64,000 nucleotides of DNA from an uncultured Clostridia bacterium (GTDB taxonomy: Bacteria; Bacillota; Clostridia; Oscillospirales; QAKW01), in the NCBI GenBank assembly GCA_944387895.1, contig CALXGQ010000005.1, positions 12,365 through 76,364 on the forward strand, written 5' to 3'. The notes under the pieces were generated by a model. That model did not search any database. It had not been told where the DNA came from and saw nothing but the letters and a program-made list of their open reading frames with translations. Below, piece by piece: positions 10,125-20,158 of this stretch. Both the position numbers and the translations under genes were made by a program. How positions within the stretch are numbered: the stretch's first letter is position 1; every line of letters starts with the position of its first letter.

Positions 10125-10281
10125 GAGGATCTTTTCCTCCTTCAGCTTGGAAAAGCGTTTGGTTTCGATGACAAATTCACCCCCCTAATTTATCAATTGA
10201 AACGGTTGTTTTTATTATAACACCTGCGTTATAATAATGTCAAGACAGGCCGAAGAGAATGGATATTAAATTTTAACGGAG

Positions 10282-13200
10282 GTGGCTTTGGTGCTTTATA
10301 AGAAAAATCGGGGAGAAGAACTGGATCAGGCGCTTTTTCAGAATCCCACGTCGGAATACCGGGGAACGCCCTTTTGGGCCTGGAACTGCAAGCTGGATCG
10401 GGATCAGGTGCTGCGCCAGATCGATTATTTCAGAGAAATGGGGTTCGGCGGATTTCATATGCACGCGCGAACCGGGATGGCGTCGCCGTATCTGAGCGAG
10501 GAATTTATGGGCCATATCAAGGCCTGCGTGGAAAAGGCCAAAAAGGAAAAGATGCTGGCCTGGCTCTACGACGAGGATCGCTGGGCCAGCGGCGCGGCGG
10601 GCGGTTATGTAACAAAGGAGAAAAAATTCCGGCAGAAATGTCTGCGGTTCAGTAAAAACAGGCCTGCGGAGCTGCTGGATAAAGGGGCGGCCTTCGACGC
10701 CGGAAAGCCGTATTTTCTGGCTGCCTACGACGTTGTGCGGAGCAGCGGCGGCACGCTGGAGCGCTACCGCCGGATCGGTCTTGATGAAGAGGCGGAGGGA
10801 AGCAAGTGGTATGCCGCGGTGGAAACCGCGGCGGACGAGCCGTGGTTCAACAATCAGAGCTATCCGGACACCATGGACGAAGAAACCATGCAGCGGTTTA
10901 TCGAGATTACTTACGAAGCCTACGGCCGGGCGGTTGGCTCGGAGTTTGATAAAACGGTGCCCGCCATTTTCACCGACGAGCCGAATTTTGCCTGCCGCAA
11001 CGGCAGAATGCCGGCCCGGGCACTGGACGATACCGACATTGTGGTGCCGTGGAGCCGCTATTTTGAAGAGAAGTATCAGGAGCGCTACGGCGCGGATATA
11101 CTGGATCGGCTGCCGGAGCTTTTCTGGCTGATGGAAAATCGGCAGGACAGCGAAACGAAATACCGTTATTATGATTTTTGCGCCGAGCGGTTTGCCCGGT
11201 GCTTTGCGGATCAGTGCGGCGCATGGTGCGAGGCCCACGGCCTGGCGCTGACAGGGCACGTTCTGCGGGAGCCGACGCTGGAGCAGCAGGTGCCCGCCAC
11301 CGGCGACAATATGCGGCAGTACCGCTCCTTCACCATCCCGGGCATCGATATGCTCTGCAACGAAGTGGAGCTGACCACGGCGAAGCAGTGCCAGTCGGTG
11401 GTGCATCAGATGGGCAAGGAGGCGATGCTCTCGGAGCTTTACGGCGTCACCAACTGGGACTTTGATTTTCGCGGCCATAAATTCCAGGGCGACTGGCAGG
11501 CCGCCCTGGGCGTGACCGTCCGGGTGCCGCATCTTTCATGGATGAGCATGGGGGGCGAGTCCAAGCGCGATTATCCGGCCTCGATCTTTTATCAATCGGC
11601 GTGGTATAAGGAATACCCTTATCTGGAGAATCATTATGCCCGGCTGAATACGGTGCTGACCCGGGGCAGGCCTGAGGTACGAGTTGGCCTGATCCATCCG
11701 GTGGAGAGCTACTGGATCCATTACGGCCCCAACGATCAGACCGGCGAGATCCGCCGGGTTCTGGATCAGAATTTTCTTTCGGTCACCAGCTGGCTGCTGG
11801 AGGGGCATCAGGACTTCAATTTCATCAACGAATCGCTGCTTCCCGCGCTGCAGGACGAAGGGCGTCCCCGCTGCGTAGGGCAGATGGAATACGACGCCAT
11901 CGTCGTTCCCGACTGCCGCACCCTCCGTTCCACCACCATCGCGTATCTGACCCGCTTTGCCCAGGCGGGGGGACGGGTGATTTTCATGAGCGGATGCCCG
12001 GACTATGTGGACGGCGTAAAGAGCGACGGCGCGCAGGCGCTGTTTGCGGACGCGATTCAGGTTTCCTTCAATAAGACGGACGTGCTGGAGGCGCTGGAGC
12101 CCTGCCGCACGGTGGATATCCGCACCGCCGACGGGCTGCGTGCCGATCGGCTGCTGTATCAGCTGCGGCAGGACGGCGGAAGCCGGTGGCTGTTTGTGGC
12201 CCGGTTCCGGGAGCCGGCACCGCCGACCCACGGTTCCCAGCGCAACGACGACGGAGTGCTGCGCGGCGATAAGATCGAGATCACGATGCAGGGGCTTTGG
12301 GAGCCGCATTTGTATGATACGCTGAGCGGGAAGGTTCTGCCGATCAGCTACCGGCATCAGGACGGCCGAACGGTTGTGATGAGCGAGATGTTTATATCCG
12401 ATAGCCTTCTGATCCGGTTTTCCGAGCCCCATTACCACGAGTTTATCTGCCGGCCGGAGGAGCGGCTGACGCTGGCGCGCAGGGACTATAAGGAGCTGGT
12501 CGCCTATGAGCGGGAGGAGGATAACGTCCTGCTGCTGGATCTTCCGGAATATCGGCTGGACGACGGAGAATGGCGCCCCCGGGAAGAGATCCTGCGGGCG
12601 GACAACGAGCTGCGGGATCAGCTGAAATTCCCCTCCCGGCGGGAGAAGTTCGCGCAGCCCTGGGTCGTGCCGGAGGAGGCGGCGGAGCATACGGTTTCGG
12701 TGCGGTATGTCATCCATAGCGCCCTGCGGATCAAAGGCGCCCGGCTGGCGCTGGAGGACGCCGAAACGGCGCAGATCCTGCTGAACGGAAAGCCGGTCCC
12801 CTCTGAGGTGACGGGCTGGTATGTGGACGAAGCCATCCGGACGGTGCCGCTTCCCGATCTGAAGAAGGGGGATTCTGTTCTGGAGATCACGCTGCCGTTT
12901 TCCCGGCGTTCCAATCTGGAGGCCTGCTTTGTTCTGGGGAATTTCGGCGTCGAGGTGCGCGGCACGGAAACCCTGCTGGTGGCGCCCTGCGACAAGCTGG
13001 GCTTTGGCTCCATCGCCCCCCAGGGAATGCCCTTCTACGGCGGCAACCTCACCTATATCCTTCCGGTGGAAGCCCCCGCCGATTGCAATCTGGAGCTGCA
13101 TATCGGGAAGTATAAGGGCGCGCTCTGCAAGGTTTCGCTGGACGGCGGCGCGGCAATCCCGGTTGCCTTTGCGCCGTATAACGCGGTCTTTAAGAAGGTC

Positions 13201-13398
13201 GCCAAAGGCAGCCATACCCTGCGGATCACGGTGTTTGGCCATCGGTTCAATACCTTCGGCTGCGTTCATAACTGCGATGAAAAGTACAGCTGGTTCGGGC
13301 CCGACAGCTGGCGCACGAAAGGCGACCGCTGGAGCTATGAATATCAGCTCAAGGAAATCGGGCTGCTGATCAGCCCGCGGATCTGGATGTATCAATAA
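10282..13398 (+). CDS. large putative glycoside hydrolase, family not recognised
   Basis: 1038 aa, no signal peptide; N-terminal RGTPFWAWNCKLD...MGFGGFHMHARTG recalls uncharacterised glycosidase-like proteins; sits with GH78 gene. GTG at 10291 is an alternative start (better spacing to GGAGG). Confidence 0.5.
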   Translation: MALVLYKKNRGEELDQALFQNPTSEYRGTPFWAWNCKLDRDQVLRQIDYFREMGFGGFHMHARTGMASPYLSEEFMGHIKACVEKAKKEKMLAWLYDEDRWASGAAGGYVTKEKKFRQKCLRFSKNRPAELLDKGAAFDAGKPYFLAAYDVVRSSGGTLERYRRIGLDEEAEGSKWYAAVETAADEPWFNNQSYPDTMDEETMQRFIEITYEAYGRAVGSEFDKTVPAIFTDEPNFACRNGRMPARALDDTDIVVPWSRYFEEKYQERYGADILDRLPELFWLMENRQDSETKYRYYDFCAERFARCFADQCGAWCEAHGLALTGHVLREPTLEQQVPATGDNMRQYRSFTIPGIDMLCNEVELTTAKQCQSVVHQMGKEAMLSELYGVTNWDFDFRGHKFQGDWQAALGVTVRVPHLSWMSMGGESKRDYPASIFYQSAWYKEYPYLENHYARLNTVLTRGRPEVRVGLIHPVESYWIHYGPNDQTGEIRRVLDQNFLSVTSWLLEGHQDFNFINESLLPALQDEGRPRCVGQMEYDAIVVPDCRTLRSTTIAYLTRFAQAGGRVIFMSGCPDYVDGVKSDGAQALFADAIQVSFNKTDVLEALEPCRTVDIRTADGLRADRLLYQLRQDGGSRWLFVARFREPAPPTHGSQRNDDGVLRGDKIEITMQGLWEPHLYDTLSGKVLPISYRHQDGRTVVMSEMFISDSLLIRFSEPHYHEFICRPEERLTLARRDYKELVAYEREEDNVLLLDLPEYRLDDGEWRPREEILRADNELRDQLKFPSRREKFAQPWVVPEEAAEHTVSVRYVIHSALRIKGARLALEDAETAQILLNGKPVPSEVTGWYVDEAIRTVPLPDLKKGDSVLEITLPFSRRSNLEACFVLGNFGVEVRGTETLLVAPCDKLGFGSIAPQGMPFYGGNLTYILPVEAPADCNLELHIGKYKGALCKVSLDGGAAIPVAFAPYNAVFKKVAKGSHTLRITVFGHRFNTFGCVHNCDEKYSWFGPDSWRTKGDRWSYEYQLKEIGLLISPRIWMYQ

Positions 13399-13411
13399 AG
13401 GAGCGGAGGAC

Positions 13412-14179
13412 ATGGATCAGGTTTTGGCATTGATGCGGGAGGCGGCCTCCCGGATGACGGGCGCCGCCTGCCCCGCCGTTTCCCGCAAGGGGCGTGGCAA
13501 CTTTGTTACGCAAGCGGATCTGGCGGTGCAGGAATTTCTGCGCGGCGCGTTGCAGGAGCGGTTCCCGGACTACGGATTTTTCAGCGAGGAGCAGGAAAAC
13601 CAGGCGGATTTTTCCCGGCCCGTCTGGATCCTGGATCCCATCGACGGAACGGCGAATTTTGTTGCGGGCTACGGCCACAGCGCGATTTCGCTGGCGCTGT
13701 ATCAGGAGGGCGCGGTTTCCTTCGGGGCGGTATATAACCCCTTTTCCGGCGAGATGTTCCATGCCGGGCGGGGGAAAGGCGCCTTTTGCAACGGCGCGCC
13801 GATCCGGGCGGAGCATGGCGCGGCGCTGCCGGATGCGCTGATCGAGCTTGGCACGATGCCGTATTATAAGGATCGCGCCGCCGAAGTGGGGCGGCTGACG
13901 GAGGAGCTTCTGCTGGCGGCCGGAGATATCCGCCGCGGCGGCAGCGCCGCCCTGGCCTTTTGCTATACGGCGGCGGGGCGTACCGGCGCGATGCTGGAAG
14001 GGCTGCTGCAGCCCTGGGACTACGCCGCCGGGCTGTTGATCGCCGAGGAGGCGGGCGCCGAAACCGGCGATTGGGCCGGCCGACCGCTGGATCCCCGCAA
14101 GCCGTCTGCCGTACTGGCGGCGGACAAGCGGATCTTTGCAGAGGTTCTGGCCATTATCCAAAAAATCAGAAAAGAGTGA
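13412..14179 (+). CDS. inositol monophosphatase family protein
   Basis: 255 aa; IMPase signatures FFSEE, WILDPIDGTANF, GGSAALAFCYTAAGR. Confidence 0.85.
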   Translation: MDQVLALMREAASRMTGAACPAVSRKGRGNFVTQADLAVQEFLRGALQERFPDYGFFSEEQENQADFSRPVWILDPIDGTANFVAGYGHSAISLALYQEGAVSFGAVYNPFSGEMFHAGRGKGAFCNGAPIRAEHGAALPDALIELGTMPYYKDRAAEVGRLTEELLLAAGDIRRGGSAALAFCYTAAGRTGAMLEGLLQPWDYAAGLLIAEEAGAETGDWAGRPLDPRKPSAVLAADKRIFAEVLAIIQKIRKE

Positions 14180-14191
14180 GGTACAGGAGTA

Positions 14192-16411
14192 ATGAATTGG
14201 ATCAAATCCCCCCAAGATACCGGCGAACAGGCCGTTTATTTTCAGAAAGAGCTTACCTGGAGCAGAAAACCGATCCGGGTAGAGGCAAAGGTCACCGCCA
14301 TGGGCGTTTATAACCTGCTGGTAAACGGCAAAAAGATCGGCAAGCAGGTGCTGACGCCCGGCTGGACCTCCTATATCAACCGGGTGCAGGTGCAGACCTA
14401 TGATGTGACAGCGGAGCTGGCCGCAGGCGGCAGCGTCGCCGTGGAAGTGGGTCAGGGCTGGGGCGTCGGCACCATCGGCTACGGCCACACCCCGCATTTC
14501 AACGACACCCAGGTCAGCACCGCCGCCGCAATCACCGCTTATTTTGCCGACGATACGGCCGAAACCGTTGAAACCGGCACCGATTGGGATTGCTATACCC
14601 ATCCGGTGCTGTCTACCGATATTTATAACGGGGAGACCTGGGACGGTACCTATCAGCCGGTGCTTTTGGGCAAGGCGACGGTCAGCGACAAGACGTTTCA
14701 TACCGTGCCGCAGGTGGGGGAATGGATCACCACCCATGAGCGACTGCGGCCGGTCGCTCTTTTCACCGCGCCGAACGGCGAGCGGATCATCGATTTCGGT
14801 CAGAATATGACCGGCTGGGTGGAACTGCATATCAAAGGCCAAAGGGGCGATGTGATCGCCTTTGACCACGCCGAGGTCATCGATAAGGACGGCAATTTTT
14901 ACCGGGGCAACTATCGCACCGCCAAAGCCTATGCCCGATTTGTGCTGAGCGGAGAAGAGGAAACCCTTGCGCCGCATTTCACCTTCTACGGCTTCCGCTA
15001 TATCCGGGTGCTGGAGTATCCGGGCGAGATTGATCCGGCGGTGTTTACGGCGGTGGTGGTGCACTCCGATCTGAAGCGGACCGGCGATTTCCATTGCGGC
15101 CATCCGCTGATCAATCAGCTCTATCACAATGTCATTTGGGGTCAGAAGAGCAATTATCTGGATGTCCCCACCGATTGCCCCCAGCGGGACGAGCGGCTGG
15201 GCTGGACCGGCGATGCGCAGGTGTTTTGCCGCACCGCCGCCATCAACTTTGATGTTGAGAAGTTCTTTGCAAAGTGGCTGGGCGATATGGCGCTGGAGCA
15301 GCTCGAAAGCGGCGAAATCTACGGCATTGTTCCGAACGCGATACAAGACGGCCACACCCGGTGCTCCGCCGCCTGGGGCGATGCGGCCTGCATCTGCCCC
15401 TGGGAGATTTATCTTGCCTACGGCAATCAAGAGCTGCTCCGCACCCATTTCCCCATGATGAAAAAGTGGGTGGATTATATCCACGGCGCCGGGAAGGAGG
15501 AATACCTCTGGCTGGACGGCGTGCATTACGGCGACTGGCTGGCCATGGACGCCGGCTACGGCGTTTGTGAGGGCGCAACGCCGACGCATCTGATCGCCTC
15601 TGCCTTCTTCGCCTATTCCTGCAAGCTGGTGGTAAAGGCCGGCAGGGTGCTGGGCGAGGATGTGCGGGCATATGAGGCGCTCTATGAGAAGATTGTGTCA
15701 AAGTTTCGGGAATGCTATATTGAGAACGGCGCACCTACGGTCAAGGGAATCGCGCTGGAAAACGAGTACCCCCAAAAGAAGCCGCCGGTGATCACCCCTG
15801 ATACCCAGACGGCGCGGGTGCTGATGCTGCATTTCGGTCTTTGCACCGAGGAGGATCGCCCCGTTCTTGCCAAGCAGCTGGCAGAGTTGGTGCTGGAAAA
15901 CGGTACGCATCTCACCACCGGCTTTGTGGGCACCCCGTATCTGCTGCATGCGCTGGCGGAAAACGGATATGAAAAGCTGGCCTACGATCTGCTGCTGCAG
16001 GAGACCTTCCCCTCCTGGCTGTTCTCCGTGAAGCAGGGCGCCACCACCATGTGGGAGCATTGGGACGGCGTTAAGGAAGACGGCACCTTCTGGAAGGATT
16101 CCATGAACTCCTATAACCACTACGCCTATGGCGCCGTATATGACTGGATCTTCGGCGTGGCCGCCGGAATCAAGGTGGCGGAAGACGGCCCGGGCTATGA
16201 AAAGGTCACCATCGCGCCGGTTCCCGATGAGCGGCTGGGGCACCTCACCGCGTCGGTGGAAACCCGCCGCGGAAGGCTGCTTTCCCATTGGGAATACCGG
16301 GAGGGGCGGCCCCTCTATCGGTTTGAGATTCCCGCCGGCACCACCGCAAAGATCGTTCTGCCCGGCGGCACCATCGAAACGGTGACCGAAGGCGTTTATA
16401 TGTACGGCTGA
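14192..16411 (+). CDS. alpha-L-rhamnosidase (GH78)
   Basis: 739 aa; GH78 catalytic-domain motifs DCPQRDERLGWTGDAQVF, GATTMWEHW. Confidence 0.85.
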   Translation: MNWIKSPQDTGEQAVYFQKELTWSRKPIRVEAKVTAMGVYNLLVNGKKIGKQVLTPGWTSYINRVQVQTYDVTAELAAGGSVAVEVGQGWGVGTIGYGHTPHFNDTQVSTAAAITAYFADDTAETVETGTDWDCYTHPVLSTDIYNGETWDGTYQPVLLGKATVSDKTFHTVPQVGEWITTHERLRPVALFTAPNGERIIDFGQNMTGWVELHIKGQRGDVIAFDHAEVIDKDGNFYRGNYRTAKAYARFVLSGEEETLAPHFTFYGFRYIRVLEYPGEIDPAVFTAVVVHSDLKRTGDFHCGHPLINQLYHNVIWGQKSNYLDVPTDCPQRDERLGWTGDAQVFCRTAAINFDVEKFFAKWLGDMALEQLESGEIYGIVPNAIQDGHTRCSAAWGDAACICPWEIYLAYGNQELLRTHFPMMKKWVDYIHGAGKEEYLWLDGVHYGDWLAMDAGYGVCEGATPTHLIASAFFAYSCKLVVKAGRVLGEDVRAYEALYEKIVSKFRECYIENGAPTVKGIALENEYPQKKPPVITPDTQTARVLMLHFGLCTEEDRPVLAKQLAELVLENGTHLTTGFVGTPYLLHALAENGYEKLAYDLLLQETFPSWLFSVKQGATTMWEHWDGVKEDGTFWKDSMNSYNHYAYGAVYDWIFGVAAGIKVAEDGPGYEKVTIAPVPDERLGHLTASVETRRGRLLSHWEYREGRPLYRFEIPAGTTAKIVLPGGTIETVTEGVYMYG

Positions 16412-16488
16412 TTTGCGGTTAAATTAGCGAAAAGGGAAAAAGAAAAGAGGACGGTTTTTGTCAAAACTCACGAACTTCCCGCAGGGTG

Positions 16489-16517
16489 TTGACAAGCGCC
16501 GTCCTTTTTGATAACAT
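16489..16517 (+). promoter_or_regulatory. sigma-A type promoter of the xpt leader
   Basis: TTGACA (16489-16494), 17-nt spacer, TAACAT (16512-16517). Confidence 0.6.
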
Positions 16518-16538
16518 AAACTTGTAATATAGATATAA

Positions 16539-16607
16539 AACCAATATAGATCCGGATAGATGGGCCGGATGTTTCTACCGCATACCGATCAGTTGCGACT
16601 ATTGGAA
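16539..16607 (+). promoter_or_regulatory. purine riboswitch aptamer, guanine/xanthine class
   Basis: P1 CCAATAT...ATTGG, conserved GGATAGATGG, GTTTCTACC and GACTAT with C at the specificity position; directly upstream of xpt. Confidence 0.85.
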
Positions 16608-16616
16608 TCCGATTGG

Positions 16617-16651
16617 CAGGCCGGTTTTCGCAACGGCCTGTTTTTGTTTTT
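16617..16651 (+). terminator. riboswitch expression-platform terminator
   Basis: AGGCCG-GTTTTCGCAA-CGGCCT hairpin followed by GTTTTTGTTTTT. Confidence 0.8.
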
Positions 16652-16675
16652 AAAAAAGGGGAAGGGAAGAAAGCA

Positions 16676-17248
16676 ATGAAAGCGCTGGAAGAGCGGATCC
16701 GCAAAGACGGCAGGGTGCTGCCGGGAAATATATTGAAGGTAAGCGATTTTCTCAATCATCAGATCGACGTTCCCTTCATGCTGGAAATGGGGCGGGAGAT
16801 CGCCGGCCTTTTTGCCGGGGAAAAGCCGACCAAGGTTCTCACCATCGAAGCCTCCGGGATTGCGGTGGGCTTTGCCGCGGCGGCGGCGCTGGAGCTGCCG
16901 CTGGTTTTCGCCAAGAAATCCAAAACCAGCAATGTGGACGAAGCGGTATATTCTGCGGAGGTTCATTCCTATACCCATAATAAAGACTACAAAATCATGG
17001 TAAGCAGGGAAGTGCTGGATCCAAACGACCGGGTTCTGATCGTGGACGATTTTCTTGCCAACGGCTGCGCGCTCCGGGGTCTGATCGAAATCGTGAAGCA
17101 GGCGGGAGCGGAGCCGGTGGGCTGCGCCATAGCCATCGAAAAAGGCTTTCAGGGCGGCGGGGACGCGCTGCGCCGGGAGGGGATCCGGGTCGAATCCCTT
17201 GCCATCGTTGAGAGCATGGAGGGCGGAAGGCTGGAATTCCGCCGCTGA
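16676..17248 (+). CDS. xpt: xanthine phosphoribosyltransferase
   Basis: Start at MKALEERIRKDG (ATG 16676); PRPP-binding loop VLIVDDFLANGCA; guanine riboswitch upstream. Confidence 0.9.
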   Translation: MKALEERIRKDGRVLPGNILKVSDFLNHQIDVPFMLEMGREIAGLFAGEKPTKVLTIEASGIAVGFAAAAALELPLVFAKKSKTSNVDEAVYSAEVHSYTHNKDYKIMVSREVLDPNDRVLIVDDFLANGCALRGLIEIVKQAGAEPVGCAIAIEKGFQGGGDALRREGIRVESLAIVESMEGGRLEFRR

Positions 17249-17304
17249 GGAAGTATGTAAACGGCACCTGCCGCGCACATAAAAAAATTTTTGGAGGGAA
17301 AAAC

Positions 17305-18489
17305 ATGAAAAAGCTTGTTTCTGCACTGCTGATCGTTGCGATGCTGCTGGTATGCGCTACTGCCTGCGGCCCCGCCAGCGAAACCGACGAACTGAAGGTA
17401 GGATTCATCTATCTGCATGATGAAAACTCCACCTACGACAAGAACTTCATGGACGCCGCCAAGGCCGCCTGTGAAGCGATGGGCGTAACCTATCTTCAGA
17501 AGGCGAACATTTCGGAGTCCAACGAATGCTACGACGCTGCCGTTGAGCTGGTGGAAGAGGGATGCGACATTGTGTTTGCCGATAGCTTCGGCCATGAGTC
17601 CCATCTGCTGAAGGCCGCCAAGGAATATCCCGACGTAGAGTTCTGCCACGCCACCGGAACGCTGGCGCATACCGAGGGTCTGGATAACTTCCATAACGCC
17701 TTTGCTTCCATCTACGAAGGCCGTTATCTGGCGGGCGTAGTGGCCGGCATGAAGCTCAACGAGATGATCGAAGCCGGCGAAATCACCGCCGAGCAGGCCA
17801 AGATGGGTTATGTGGGCGCCTTCACCTATGCCGAGGTCATTTCGGGTTATACCTCTTTCTATCTGGGCGCAAAATCCGTCTGCCCCAGCGTGACCATGGA
17901 CGTTCAGTTCACCGGTTCCTGGTATAATGAGCAGCTGGAGAAGGAAGCGGCCACCGCGCTGATCAATAAGGGCAGCGTGCTGATCAGCCAGCATGCCGAT
18001 TCCATGGGCGCGCCTACCGCCTGCGAGGAAGCCGGTGTTCCCAACGTATCCTATAACGGCTCCACCGCCGCCGCCTGCCCCGAGACCTTCCTGATCTCCT
18101 CCCGCATCAACTGGGAGCCCTATTATGAGTATATCATCACCTGCGTGAAGGACGGCACGGCCATCGCTGCCGACTGGACCGGAACGCTGGAGACCGGCTC
18201 TGTTGAGCTTTCCGAGCTGGGCACGAATGTCGCGGCCGGAACGGCTGAAAAGCTTGCCGAGGTCGAGGAAGAGCTGAAGAACGGTACGAAGAAGGTCTTT
18301 GATACCTCCACCTTTACCGTAGACGGCGCCGCCATTACCACCTATATGGCCGACGTTGATACAGATGAGGCCTATACCGGGGACACGGAAGCCATTGAGG
18401 ACGGTGCCTTTGCCGAATCCAAGGCTCGTTCCGCGCCCTACTTTGATCTGCGCATCGACGGCATCACCCTGCTGAACGAAGCGATGTAA
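17305..18489 (+). CDS. BMP-family (PnrA-like) ABC transporter substrate-binding lipoprotein, probable nucleoside binding
   Basis: 394 aa; lipobox LLVCATAC-G; BMP family layout; followed by matching ATPase and two permeases. Confidence 0.85.
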   Translation: MKKLVSALLIVAMLLVCATACGPASETDELKVGFIYLHDENSTYDKNFMDAAKAACEAMGVTYLQKANISESNECYDAAVELVEEGCDIVFADSFGHESHLLKAAKEYPDVEFCHATGTLAHTEGLDNFHNAFASIYEGRYLAGVVAGMKLNEMIEAGEITAEQAKMGYVGAFTYAEVISGYTSFYLGAKSVCPSVTMDVQFTGSWYNEQLEKEAATALINKGSVLISQHADSMGAPTACEEAGVPNVSYNGSTAAACPETFLISSRINWEPYYEYIITCVKDGTAIAADWTGTLETGSVELSELGTNVAAGTAEKLAEVEEELKNGTKKVFDTSTFTVDGAAITTYMADVDTDEAYTGDTEAIEDGAFAESKARSAPYFDLRIDGITLLNEAM

Positions 18490-18508
18490 AGAACGCGCTG
18501 GCAAGGCA

Positions 18509-18545
18509 AGGCGGGGCGTCAGCCCCGCCTGGTCTTGTCTTTTTG
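18509..18545 (+). terminator. intercistronic hairpin / partial terminator after the binding-protein gene
   Basis: AGGCGGGGC-GTCA-GCCCCGCCT then GGTCTTGTCTTTTT; a second GC hairpin follows at about 18565-18585. Confidence 0.5.
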
Positions 18546-18619
18546 AATTTTATAAGGCTGAACGGTGCGGCGGAGCTCCGCCGCAGAGTTGAACCGTATA
18601 AAAACGAGGAGAAATAGGT

Positions 18620-20158
18620 ATGCCTGAAAGAGCAGCAATCGAATTAAAGAACATCACCAAGACCTTCGGGAGCGTTGTTGCGAATAAGAATATCAGCCTG
18701 ACGGCGAACCGCGGCGAAATCCTTTCGATCCTGGGGGAGAACGGCAGCGGGAAAACAACGCTGATGAATATGATCTCCGGCATTTACTTTCCGGACGAGG
18801 GGCAGATCTTCATCGACGGGGAGGAGGCGGTCATCGCCTCGCCGAAGGACGCCTTTGATTATAAGATCGGGATGATCCATCAGCACTTCAAGCTGGTCAA
18901 CGTATTTTCCGCCGCCGAAAACATCGTTTTGGGTCTGGAGGAAAAGGGGCGCTACGACATCAAGGCCGCCTGCGCCCGGATCAGCGAAATCTGCGGGCAG
19001 TACGGCTTTGATCTGGATCCGCGGAAGAAGGTTTATACCATGTCGGTATCCGAAAAGCAGACGGTGGAGATCATCAAGGTGCTGTACCGAGGGGCCGACA
19101 TTCTGATTCTGGACGAGCCCACCGCCGTGCTGACCCCGCAGGAGAGCCAGAAGCTGTTTGCGGTGCTCCGCCGGATGCGGGACGACGGCAAGGCCATCAT
19201 CATCATCACCCATAAGCTGCATGAGGTTCTGAGCCTTTCCGACCGGGTTTCCGTATTGCGCAAGGGCGCCTATGTAGGAACGGTAAAAACCGCGGAAACC
19301 AGCGAAGCGGAGCTGACGGAGATGATGGTGGGCAAAAAGGTTTCGCTGAACATCAACCGCAGCACGCCGGAGAATCCGAAGCCCCGGCTGGAGGTGCACC
19401 ATGTCAACTGCACCAACCGGGAGGGCGCGCTGGTGCTGGACGACGTTTCCTTCACCGCCTGTTCCGGGGAAATCCTGGGCATCGCCGGGATCGCCGGTTC
19501 CGGGCAGCGGGAGCTGCTGGAGGTGATCGCCGGGCTGCAAAAGAGCGATAGCGGCGCGGTTCTTTATCACAATCCCAAGACCGGGAACGTGGAAAACCTG
19601 CAAAATAAAACGCCCCTTCAGATTCGGGAGCTGGGGGTGCGGCTCTCCTTTGTGCCGGAGGATCGGCTGGGCATGGGTCTGGTCGGCAATATGGATATTA
19701 TCGATAATATGATGCTGCGCAGCTACCGGAAGGGCCATTCCGTTTTTCTGGAGCGCAAGGCGCCCAAGGATCTGGCGGAGAAGATCATCGCGGATCTGGA
19801 GGTCGTAACCCCCGGCGCGACCACGCCGGTGCGCCGCCTATCCGGTGGAAACGTGCAGAAGGTTCTGGTAGGGCGGGAGATCGCCGCGTCGCCGACTGTG
19901 CTGATGGCGGCCTATCCGGTCCGGGGTCTGGACATCAATTCCTCCTATACCATCTACCGCCTGCTTAACGAGCAGAAGGAGCGGGGCGTAGCGGTCATTT
20001 TTGTTGGGGAAGATCTGGACGTGCTGCTGGAGCTGTGTGACCGGATCCTGGTGATCGGATCCGGAAAGATCACCGGAATCGTCGACGGACGTACCGCCAC
20101 GAAGGAGCAGGTAGGGCTGTTGATGACCAAATCGGAAGGAGGGGAGCCGAATGAATAA
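18620..20158 (+). CDS. ABC transporter ATP-binding protein, duplicated NBD
   Basis: 512 aa; Walker A GENGSGKTT and GIAGSGQRE, signature LSGGNVQK. Confidence 0.9.
   Translation: MPERAAIELKNITKTFGSVVANKNISLTANRGEILSILGENGSGKTTLMNMISGIYFPDEGQIFIDGEEAVIASPKDAFDYKIGMIHQHFKLVNVFSAAENIVLGLEEKGRYDIKAACARISEICGQYGFDLDPRKKVYTMSVSEKQTVEIIKVLYRGADILILDEPTAVLTPQESQKLFAVLRRMRDDGKAIIIITHKLHEVLSLSDRVSVLRKGAYVGTVKTAETSEAELTEMMVGKKVSLNINRSTPENPKPRLEVHHVNCTNREGALVLDDVSFTACSGEILGIAGIAGSGQRELLEVIAGLQKSDSGAVLYHNPKTGNVENLQNKTPLQIRELGVRLSFVPEDRLGMGLVGNMDIIDNMMLRSYRKGHSVFLERKAPKDLAEKIIADLEVVTPGATTPVRRLSGGNVQKVLVGREIAASPTVLMAAYPVRGLDINSSYTIYRLLNEQKERGVAVIFVGEDLDVLLELCDRILVIGSGKITGIVDGRTATKEQVGLLMTKSEGGEPNE

Noticed and set aside
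10273-15589. Three long minus-strand ORFs (10273-11532, 11536-13413, 13370-15589)
   Set aside because: They are antisense to the GH-like, IMPase and GH78 genes. Their composition is R/G/P/A-rich and they carry no motifs. The same logic applies to 997-2181, 2516-3508, 17149-18504, 18644-19738, 22294-23865, 28485-29306, 29491-30678, 38536-39753 and 44941-46131.
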